Shown piece by piece: positions 54,050-64,000 of a DNA stretch of 64,000 nt. A program made the translations under genes and the position numbers. Origin of the DNA: Octopus vulgaris (Eukaryota); contig OX597825.1 in assembly GCA_951406725.2 (NCBI GenBank), positions 67,394,001-67,458,000 of the forward strand. The letters are read 5' to 3'. Position 1 is the stretch's first letter. Each line of letters opens with the position of its first letter. Below the pieces are notes generated by a model. It was not told where the DNA came from. It ran no database searches and saw only the letters and a program-made list of their open reading frames with translations.

Positions 54050-55340
54050 ATTCGTGTGGACGTCTCGTGTAACTTATGTGTAATAATGTTTTACATGTTG
54101 GGGTAGCAGTTATAAGGAACTTACCTTGAATGCCTGTTGAAAATTTCTTATACATATGGCTATCCGGGAAATTCTTATCTGCCAAGGCACGGACTTTTCT
54201 ACCTGCGTTTGTATATTCAAAGAAAATGGAGGGGCAAACCACATAAGTTACTTAGATTTATCTTTAGGCTTCTTATGTTATGGTATAAAACATTATATAT
54301 CAAAGTTGAAATTTATAAAAACTACTGTTTCGCAAGATTTGTACATCATACACCAAAAAGATACGGGCTTCACATTCTTTCGTGATTTCTTCATATTTGG
54401 TCACATTTGCGATAAACACACTCTCAGTTCTTATTCAATGCATTTGACACATTCTCTTTAAGTTTTGTATTTAATATTGATCAGTGAAAAAAAAATTTAT
54501 TTCAAATAAATATGCTGCTGAAATTCGAATCAAATCCTACAAAAGAATCTTAACTTTTATAGGAAATCTAAAATTCCTTAAGAGTGGGTTGTCCTTATAT
54601 ATTTTTAAATAGCAACTAACTCTTCTCTAGATAATTTCAAACCAGCATCAGTTAGAATTTTTATGAAAGCATTTTGAATTCACTCCTTCAAGCTATTTAA
54701 AAAAGAATAAATTTTCACATTTTCGAGACTTTCCAAATGCTTAACTATTACAAAAATCATTTTCTTTGCGTGAGTTTTACTTACTAAAGAAAACATTTCA
54801 AAAATACTTTTTCTAACATTTTTCCAAATTACTATTTTTTTACTGAATTCATATGAATGTTCTTGTAGATTTGAGCTGCTTTCCGTTTTTAAATGCACAT
54901 TTATGCTCGGGTCGTTAAGTGCTTAACTATGCTTGTCAGTTATTCCAAGTTAGAATTTCATTATTTACTTCAAAGATTTTTTCTAATATTTTTTTCTAAA
55001 AATTTTCCTGTTAAATAATGTAATGCTCTTTTGTTCATGCCGATAGAAAAATACAATCCTCCTTGGTAATCATCTCACTTCGGTGAATAAAAGCGAATTC
55101 CTGTGCTGTAAATCATATCAATGCAAATTTTCTGAAAGAAGGGAATCTATAATAGTCTACTTTTTATCGAATAACCATTACAACGACGTCAATTCAACTC
55201 TCAATGATTTTGTAGTCGAAGAGTTTTCTATGTTAAAAGCGGTGAATTGTAATAAAGTCTGGATTTTGACCTTTCAGGTATAGTGGTGAACAGGTCATTT
55301 CTTCCACAATATTCATTCATTTTGTTAGGTTTTCTTCGTT
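54050..55340 (-). mobile_element. Old Penelope-like element, Naiad-like
   Basis: Minus strand across frameshifts gives RNSLLF..., then MWFAPPFSLN..GRKVRALADKNFPDSHMYKKIFNR..YNCYPNM*NIITH (cf. WFNPPYS..KHFP..KIFNRN..SYSCxPN). Confidence 0.7.
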
Positions 55341-56153
55341 AAGATTATATAATATATCCTCGAAAACAGGTCCACTTTGCATTGTGAAGCAAGTCATAAA
55401 CATTTTTTCATTGACATTTTTTATCTTTTACTTGTTTCAGTCATTGGACTGCGGTCATATTGAGGTACAGCTTTGAAGGGTTTAATGGAACAAAACTGCC
55501 ACGGTAGTTATCTTTTGAAAGTGTTATACTTATCATATCGGTCTATTTTACCGAACCGCTATGTTACAGGTATTTAAACAATTCAACGCCAGTTGTGAAG
55601 TCTGTTGATAACCGGCGTTCGATTGTTGACGTGCTTCAATTAGCGGTTTGTCAAACGAATATGAGGGAAAAAGTACCAGGCTTAAAAAAACAATTCCGGA
55701 ATCGATTTGTTCGACTAAACCCTTCATGACTAAAAATAGTAACTTAGTGTTTGGAGTGAAACAACCTAGATTATGAGTTCGATTCCTGGACTAGGTGGCG
55801 CGTTGTGTTCTTGAGCAAAACACTTCATTTCACGTTGGTCTAGTTCACTCAGTTGTAGATGGGTAACCCTGCGTCGGAATAGCCTTCCGATCAGGAAGAA
55901 TGTTTGATTGCCAGATTGTTGATAGCCAGAGGGATGGGATCTTTAGTAAGATGAAACAATGCGATGCACATTGCGACCAGCAATGTATATCAGAATCTGG
56001 TAATCTGGTCGATATACACTGGCAAAAATAAATTTAAGACCGATAATAATAATTTGTATGGTGTTAGTAACAAAATCTTTTGTTACAAATAGAACTTTTA
56101 TCATCGGTCTTAAATTTATTTTCGCCACTGTATATATATATATATATATATAT

Positions 56154-56260
56154 AGTTAATCCAAACAAGGAAACACAGAAAAAAAAAAACAGCATTGCGA
56201 GGACGTGGAACAATTAAAGTATTATTTGACGCTCAGGAAAGAAGGGAAGGAGGGTTTAAC
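56154..56260 (-). mobile_element. Probable PLE pseudo-LTR terminal fragment next to (TA)n
   Basis: Loosely similar to 296-400 (gacgctcaggaaag / aacgcccgggaag). Confidence 0.4.
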
Positions 56261-57086
56261 TAGTTTCGGGATTGTTGTCCCTCGTCAACGGGCGATATAT
56301 GTATGTGTGTGTGTGTGTGTCAAATAAACAAATGAATGGTATTAAAGAATGCGGCTGTTTCAATATGGTGGAGAATCATTTCTAGAACGACACAGCATAA
56401 TTAATTTACGACTTAGTAAATATGCGAAATGTTTGATAATTAGGCAAAAAATTCTAGAGTGCCACACATCATACGACGGACACATTTCGAAATATAGTTT
56501 TGCCGCCGCGCTTAATATCAGAAAATATATTTACACACATCATAATCTAACTTTTATTAGATTTGTTAGTGCTTAAACAAAAGGATGAAATAAACCCTAA
56601 TTTGCGAAATAAATATATTTATTATCTTAAAATATACTTAAATTAAAACCTATTTTTCATTTGTGTACGTTTTCTCATAACTACTTTCTCATTTCCTCAC
56701 TATCTTCCCCCTTTACCCTTTCCTCCTCACTCTCCTCCTCCTTTCTTCCTCTCTCCCTCTCTCTCTCTATGGTTCCTTCTCTCCCTCTGAGCAGCGTGCT
56801 TTTCTTCTTTTACTGCCCCGAAGCGTTGTATCTGCCCCCACCCAACACTGTTTCTGTATCTCATTTAACTCTTTCTTCCCTCCTCTCTCTCTCTCTATCT
56901 TTTTCTTTCTTCCCCCTCGCTCTATAATGTATAAAGCGTAACTGGCAGGATCAGCCAACCAAAATATGTCGGCTATTACTAGAGAAGTGTTTTAAGGCAA
57001 TAAAATCCTTGAATTTTTTTGTTTCCGTGTTTTATATCCGGCAAACAACCATTGTGAGCTCAACTTGTAAGATAAAATACGAATAA

Positions 57087-57503
57087 GACGGCGAGCTGGC
57101 AGAGACGTTAGCACGCCGGCCGGAATGCGTAGCCGTATTTCGTCTGCCGCTACGTTCTGAGTGTTCAAATTCCGCCGAGGTCGACTTTGCCTTTCATCCT
57201 TTCGGGGTCGATAAATTAAGTACCAGTTATGCAATGGAGTCGATGTAATTGAGTTAATCCGTTTGTCTGTCCTTGTTTGTCCCCTCTATGTTTGGCCCCT
57301 TGTGGGTAGTAAAGAAATAGGTATTTCGTCTACCGCTACGTTCTGAGTTCAAATTCCGCCGAGGTCGACTTTGCCTTTCATCCTTTCGGGGTCGATGAAA
57401 TAAGTACCAGTTACGCACTGGGGTCGATGTAATCGACTTAATCCGTTTGTCTGTCCTTGATTGTCCCCTCTATGTGTAGCCCCTTGTAGGCAGTAACAAA
57501 ACA
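57087..57503 (+). mobile_element. SINE A dimer
   Basis: Two units. ~21 bp TSD aacttgt(a/g)agataaaatacga (57062-57082, 57504-57524). Confidence 0.92.
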
Positions 57504-57569
57504 AACTTGTGAGATAAAATACGATTTATATAATTACTAATATTTTATTAAATATATTTTATTATTTAT

Positions 57570-57869
57570 TTATGCGCCCTTTTCATGCCTAGCCAGGCTC
57601 ATGGGCCCAGTTTCCCGGTTTCTGTGGTCTATGTGTTCCCCCAGCTGGACGGGACGCCATCGCAGCGTTACTTAATAAACAGGAAGAAAGTGTGAGACAA
57701 AGTTGGGGCGAAAGAGTACAACAGGGGTCGCCACCACTACCTGCCGGATACTCGTGGAGCTTTAAGGTGTTTTCGCTCAATGAACACACACAACGCCCGG
57801 TCTGGGAATCGAAACCGCGATCCTCCGACCGCGAGTCCGCTGCCCTAACCACTGGGTCATTGCACCTCC
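57570..57869 (-). mobile_element. tRNA-derived SINE, head C + tail 2
   Basis: Homologous to 6790-7100. Confidence 0.88.
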
Positions 57870-58187
57870 ACGGATTAAATATATACCACGTATATACTTT
57901 CCAACAGATTAACTTCCACTACATTTTGAGCTTACCCCTGATCTACAGGACCTACGACGTAACAACCAGCTTAACGATCGGGGAATTTATTATGAAGCTT
58001 GCAATCTCTAGAACGTCTCAGAAAGTCTAAATTTGACAGGATGCTGTCAAACTTTAGCTCTTAAATTTACAAGGTCGAGCGATCTCGTTGAAGATCGTTA
58101 TGTTAAATCGACCTTATAGTATGTAACTAAAATTAGGAGTGTTTCCACGCTGAAATCGATTGAATCTTTCATATAACATATGTATTC

Positions 58188-58420
58188 TTATTTCTTTATT
58201 GGCCACAAGGAGCTAAACATAGAGGGAACAAACAAGGACAAACAAACGGATTAATTTGAATACATCGACCCCAGTGCGTAACTGGTACTTTATTTATCGA
58301 CCCCGAAATGATAAAAGGCAAAATCGACCTCGGCGGAATTTGAACTCAGAACGTAACGGCAGACAAAATACGGCTACGCATTCCGCCCGGCGTGCCAACG
58401 TTTCTGCCGGCTCGCCGCCT
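58188..58420 (-). mobile_element. SINE A monomer
   Basis: Family A match. Imperfect TSD taacat(a/g)tgt(a/g)ttc. Confidence 0.88.
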
Positions 58421-58755
58421 TTTCAGCTAACATGTGTGTTCGTCCACAAGTGTGAGAAGGTATATCCTTAATCAGTAAGTAACTCTTTTAAATATGCATT
58501 CACCTGTCTACTTTCAATAGAAAAGTTTCATGAGAAATATTAATAAAGAACTGAAATTTAAACTTTAGCGTAATAAATTTTGTGGTACAATATAATTATT
58601 TTAGCGAAAAAATTTATTATCTTTTGTTGCTTCAAAAATTGAAATGCAAAGCACAATGCATTCCTATCGTTCATGTTGATATTTCTTTACTTTTGCATTA
58701 AACTCTCGTCCATGTAATAATCCCCAATAATTAACATTACTAATTAAGTTGTGGT

Positions 58756-58962
58756 GGAGACGCGTGGCTTAGTGGTTAGGGTGTCAGCATCATGATCGTA
58801 AGATTGTGGTTTCGCTTCCTGGACCGTTGTGTTCTTGCGTAAAACGCTTCATTTCATGTTACTCCAGTTCACTCAGCTGGCAAATATGAGTAACGCTGCA
58901 ATGGACTGGCGTCCCGCCCAGCTTGGGTACACATACGCCATGGAAACCGGGAAAAGGGCGCA
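58756..58962 (+). mobile_element. tRNA-derived SINE, head D + CORE-like domain + tail 2
   Basis: gtggcttagtggttaggg..ttgtgttcttgcgtaaaacgcttcatttc..gagtaacgctgcaatggactggcgtccc. Confidence 0.82.
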
Positions 58963-59538
58963 TTTATTATTTTTTAAATTAAGTTGTCTGTGTGTGTGTT
59001 TGTGTGTGTGTGTAATGCATTTTGTATTTCTGCTTACATCCAGCAAATTTAATAAAAGAAACAGACTTCCGACGACAGTTTCCCGCCATTTTTTCCTAGC
59101 AAATTGTACCCGCATGCGTTGGTCAACTTAATCATAAAATACATTTTTTCATTGTGCTGCGTACTGAAATCGAACGCGCAACAACGGAGTTGCCGTGTGA
59201 AATATTTATCATTCACTCAGACCTGAATAGGAGATTTCCTTTTCATTTTGCCTCAAGTAGGTTCTGATACCATACACATTTTACAATCTTTTTTTTTTTT
59301 TGTGACAATCTTTTTTTTTTGTGATAATCTTTTTTTTTTTTTTGTGTACCATTGATCAGTAAGAGATTTTTGTTATTTGCTTCTATCTAAAAATCAAAGG
59401 AAATGATGACTGATTCCTTCAAACTTTGCCTTTGTGGTCTGGACATCAATGTTTTGAAAATGACCAATTTTCCATCACATTTCAGACAGATTCAGAAGTG
59501 AGTTGCTGAAGCACACATATCATTATAGCAAATATTCT

Positions 59539-59962
59539 GGATCTTTTCGGTTTGAACGGCAGTTTTTTAAAATAATTTCCACGTAACTAAACACTTTTAA
59601 ACTTCGTATACTGGTAGAATGTGTTTATAAAACATCTTCTTCTCTTGGCTTTATTGAGAAAATTCTATAGTTTATAAGATATTTGTTGTCTTTTTTCTTC
59701 AATTTCTGCAATTTCAACCAATCAATGACCGTCTATTGAGGTGAAAACATTCTGTGCCGTATGAAAATGTCCCTCGTTTAAGAAACAGATTGGGTTTATT
59801 TACATTTCTGAAGAAAAAATACCATTCCCCCACCCCTAACCCTAACTAACCCTAATCCTAAAATAGATTGAAATGCTATAGATCGATACCAGGGGTATAA
59901 TTATGGGTGACGATTTCATATGACACCGCTAGAAAAAACTGCCGTTCAAACCGAAAAGATCC
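59539..59962 (-). mobile_element. Second copy of the GG..CC MITE, opposite orientation
   Basis: TIR ggatcttttcggtttgaacggcagtttttt, TSD aatattct, internal ccctaa repeats. Confidence 0.93.
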
Positions 59963-60275
59963 AATATTCTGATTAATACCACACATTTCCTTGTCAGTTG
60001 CTTGATCTTAATCACTTGAGCATGTCCCTTAGTGGTTGGCAATATGTGCATCTTTAAACATGAGCATGAGTAGCAGGGGAGCATCATAGCTATATCTTGA
60101 GAGGGAGTTTGAAGGAAATATTAGCCATTTTCATACTTTTTAGGGGTGAGCAAATAGGAAATAAGAGCTACTACCCAAGGATAAAGATCGTATTATACAG
60201 TGTTATCAATCGTGTTCTGCTTTTATTTCTAGGATTTTATAGATTTTCTTTTATATATATCTAAAACAACAGTGT

Positions 60276-60515
60276 GGAGGCACGTGGCTTAGTGGTTATG
60301 GTGTCAGCAGCATGATTGTAAGGTTGTGGTTTCGATTCCTGGACCGGGCGACGCGTTGTGTTCTTTAGCAAAACCCTTCATTTCACGTTGCTCCACTCAG
60401 CTGGCAAAAATGAGTAACGCTTCGACGGACTAGTGTCCCGTCCAGCTGGGGAACAAATACGCCATTGAAATCGGGAAACTGGGTCCATGAACCTGGCTTG
60501 GCTTTAAAAGGGTGC
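60276..60515 (+). mobile_element. tRNA-derived SINE, head D + CORE-like domain + tail 2
   Basis: Homologous to 58756-58962, with a fuller tail matching the tail of 6790-7100. Confidence 0.82.
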
Positions 60516-61117
60516 ATTTATTTATATTTATTTAGAACAACAGTAACGTGTTCTTCCTTTCTTAGGAAGGCAGGGTGTGATTTGATACAACTGACATTTT
60601 TAACAATCACCGCGTGGCGCCCACACTTCATTAACTTTACGGACCCTTATTGTTCAGGTTCAGTATATATATTATCGACCTTAGGTCGTTTGCGTTTGAT
60701 TTGATAACTCAATTACTTTGCTGGTTGATTTTTCATTGCAGCCTAGATCGATGATCCTTCTTGTTTTTGTTGGTTTTTGATATTTATATTAGCACTTGAT
60801 GAAACATTTTGTGAAGCGGTTTTTTCTTCCAGGTTCATTATTTACTGTTTGATTCTTGGTACGTTGATTGAAGTTTTCAAAGTGAGATATGATTGTGACA
60901 TCTATTAGCATTATTCATGTTACAAATTACGTGGAATACCATTTCATAGTTGAATTTTAAAAAAGACGTTTTGAGCTAAAACAAAAAATAAACAATACTT
61001 AGCTCATCTGTAAATAAGTAATAAATCTGAGGGCGTGAAGAGTCAATAGATCTCAAAAATAATTTTCCTTGCAAAAAATCCCGTTTAAATGCTTTTAAAT
61101 ATTACTGTTCCCATAAA

Positions 61118-61830
61118 GGCGGCGAGCTGGCAGAACCGTTAGCACGCCGGGCGAAATGCGTAGCCGTATTTCTTCTGCCATTACGTTCTGAGTTCAAATT
61201 CTGCCGAGGTCGGCTTTGCCTTTCATCCGTTCGGGGTCGATTAAATAAGTACCAGTTACGCACTGGAGTCTATATAATCGATTTAATCAGTTTGTCTGTC
61301 TTTGTTTTCCCCCTCTGTGTTCAGCCCCTTGTGGTTAGTAAAGAAATAGGTATTTCATCTGCCGTTACGTTCTGAGTTCAAATCCGCCGAGGTCGATTTT
61401 GCCTTTCATCCTTTCGGGGTCGATAACAGTTACGCACTGGGGTCGACGTAATCGACTTAATTCCGTTGTCTGTCCTTGCTTGTCACCTCTATGTTTAGCC
61501 CCTTGTGGGCATAAGCAATAAAGAAATAAGAACTGTTAGCACGCGGGGGAATATGCTTAGAAATGCTTTATGTCCGAGTTCAAATTTTGCCGAGGGGTCG
61601 ATTTCGCCTTTCATCCTTCCGGCGTTGATAAAATAAGTTCCAGGTGAGCAATCTGGCGACTCTGATGGCATTGTACCAAAAGTTGAAACCAATATTACAA
61701 CACTCGGTGAGCTGGCTGACTCGTTTGCATGCCGAGCAAAAAATGTTTTCCGGCATTTCGTCCATTTTTACGTTCTGAGTTGAAGTTCCGCCGAGAGCGA
61801 CTTTGCCTTGCACCAAAATTTGAAACCAAA
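61118..61830 (+). mobile_element. SINE A dimer followed by two older SINE A remnants
   Basis: Dimer at 61118-61528; diverged copies extend to ~61830. Confidence 0.85.
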
Positions 61831-63542
61831 GTTATAAAGGAACAAACAGCTCTCAGTCAATGCAAGAGATTCAGTTTCTTATAATTAGACTCCTACTTTA
61901 TTTTCTTTGAAGTATACGAATGTTTAGACTCAAATATCTGTTATGCGATACGAACTCAAAATTTATGAAACATTGACGCATGCTTCGTTCCAAAACTACG
62001 TATATTTATGTTGAGTGTCACCTCCTGGCGCTATGATTAAATGTATTCTATCATAAACCCAGGTTGAACGATGCCTTGTAAGTGAAATCCTCTAGATTGA
62101 CTTCATGTGGAAATCCGTCACTCTTATCCTCTTTTTGTTGAGAGAAGGAAGAATTAATAGATCCCTCAGTTTGACTCCTAGCCTTGACCCTTGGATACGT
62201 TTAGCTAAGTCACCACGTTCGCAATCCTTTGGAATAGATCTCTGGTTTGAGGATAACAGCGTTTCTGCTTTTTACAATATTTATGGAGACCATGCAATAC
62301 ATTTTACGCACAACGTCCTACCTTTTCTGATTAAATAATAAAAGAAGTAATAATAATGCTATAATTGCGCCTTCTTTCTTATATGCTTCTATCAAATCTA
62401 TTCGACAAATATATTTATTGCTCAGTCATTCTCATTTAAAACGATTCTACTAAGTCATTTGCCATTTTCAGTTAATACAGCATTCCGCCAGAGAGTTATT
62501 CTAATTCCTTTCCTAAGTGATCAGCTTGTAGTTATGTAGATCTGCAGGTGTCAATTTCTATGTTTATTGCACGGTACTTTTCTATAGACAGAAATTGATC
62601 TGATTACATTTTCTATGGAGAACGCCAACGCTTTGTTGTTAGGCCATTACAATATTCTCGAACGTTACAATCCAACATAAGTCTGCGGCAAAACAATTAG
62701 TGTTATAGGTGGCGTTGCTTCCTATTCAGATGAGATTACATTATTGATGCCTTCTTTTCCCGAGAGCTCACGGGATTTAGTAACCGTTAGTCTATCGGAG
62801 ATTGTACATCTAATCGTATTAATCAACCGCATAATAATCGCTTCCACTTATTTCAGTGTGTGCAAATAGTGAAGTTTCACATTATGTTATATATATGACA
62901 TCCCTTCATTAGTGAGTGAAATGGAATTAAATTCAACAGAACATTGCACGTTGGTTATTTCGTAGTAATTTACATTAGATCTACGATTCTTTCCTTCATT
63001 AGTTCTTTAATGCGTTCAAAATCTAGCCGTCTTTCTTATGGTGATATACCGCCACAAGTTCCATTAGACACACACTGTCGCTTCGTTCATTTCTATGACG
63101 AATCGCTGTTTTCATTGTTATGGAAATTATTTCCTTGGTGTTGAATAGTTGAATTTTGTTGTGACCAGATTATCATTCGAAAAACCTTCGACTTCATAAT
63201 GTTTCTTTTTACTTAGAAGGTAAGTTGTGGAGGATTTCTTTATAAGATAGAAAAGAAAAAAATTGTATTGCTCTCGTTACAGCGACTTTGCATAGCTTTC
63301 AGCAATTTCTCTTTTAGAATCTATCCATAGCAGGTGGGACAGTGCATGTGAAGACTCAGATTAATGCAGTTTATGTTAAAGGTGAATATCAGTAGGGCGT
63401 CTGCATGATGAGCGTGAACGGGAAATGAATACTTACAAGTCATGCATGTTCCCAGTGGTAGAATTAAACGTGACTTTGGGAGATACTTTGTTCCAATACT
63501 TGGCCAATATTTGTTATAACATATTTCTACATCCTACAGCAG

Positions 63543-63925
63543 AGGCGCAATGGCCCAGTGGTTAGTGCAGCGGACTCGCGGTCATAGGATCGCGGTTTCG
63601 ATTCCCAGACCGGGCGTTGTGAGTGTTTATTGAGCGAAAACACCTAAAGCTCCACGTGGCTCCGGCAGGGGATGGTGGTGATCCCTGCTGTACACTTTCA
63701 CCACAACTTTCTCTCACTCTTACTTCCTGTCTCTGTTGCACCTGTATTTCAAAGGGCCGGCCTTGTCACTCTCTGTGTCACGCTGAATATCCCCGAGAAC
63801 TACGTTAAGGGTACACGTGTCTGTGGAGTGCTCAGCCACTTACTCGTTAATTTCACGAGCAGGCTGTTCCGTTGATTCGGATCAACCGGAACCCTCGTCG
63901 TCGTAACCGACGGAGTGCTTCCATC
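63543..63925 (+). mobile_element. tRNA-derived SINE, head C + tail 1
   Basis: 13 bp TSD catcctacagcag (63530-63542, 63926-63938). Confidence 0.92.
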
Positions 63926-63974
63926 CATCCTACAGCAGCCGTTTTTAGGATATTATAAATACATTTTTTTTTCT

Positions 63975-64000
63975 TTTTCGCCCTTTTCAAGCCTAGCCAG
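63975..64000 (-). mobile_element. 3' end of another tail-2 SINE cut by the window edge
   Basis: cgcccttttcaagcctagccag is identical to ~6795-6816. Confidence 0.7.

Noticed and set aside
59282-59346. Three repeats of aatc(t)n-gtg as a CRISPR-like or regulatory array
   Set aside because: This is a simple slippage repeat without spacers, in a eukaryotic context.

Overview
This is an AT-rich eukaryotic non-coding window (intronic or intergenic) made almost entirely of microsatellites and transposable elements. The SINE types and microsatellite load suggest a coleoid cephalopod, probably Octopus (inference). I found no credible host protein-coding gene; most ORFs in the supplied track are translated microsatellites or SINEs. 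By manual translation I recognise decayed LINE fragments (RTE, R4/Dong-type, CR1/L2-group), at least three Penelope-like element (PLE) remnants and two Tc1/mariner fossils. There are also several MITEs, two Helitron-type elements and many tRNA-derived SINE copies. The most interesting observations are: (1) a near-perfect ~425 bp palindrome carrying two opposite-facing minimal hammerhead ribozyme motifs, with further hammerhead-like motifs at other PLE loci; (2) SINEs built combinatorially from exchangeable head and tail modules; (3) a SINE whose 3' end matches that of a CR1/L2-group LINE in the same window; (4) a GG-ended MITE with 8 bp TSDs and internal TTAGGG repeats; (5) a Helitron whose empty site is preserved in the opposite arm of a foldback repeat. 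Coordinates were read by eye and may be off by a few bases. SINE family labels A-D are my own.
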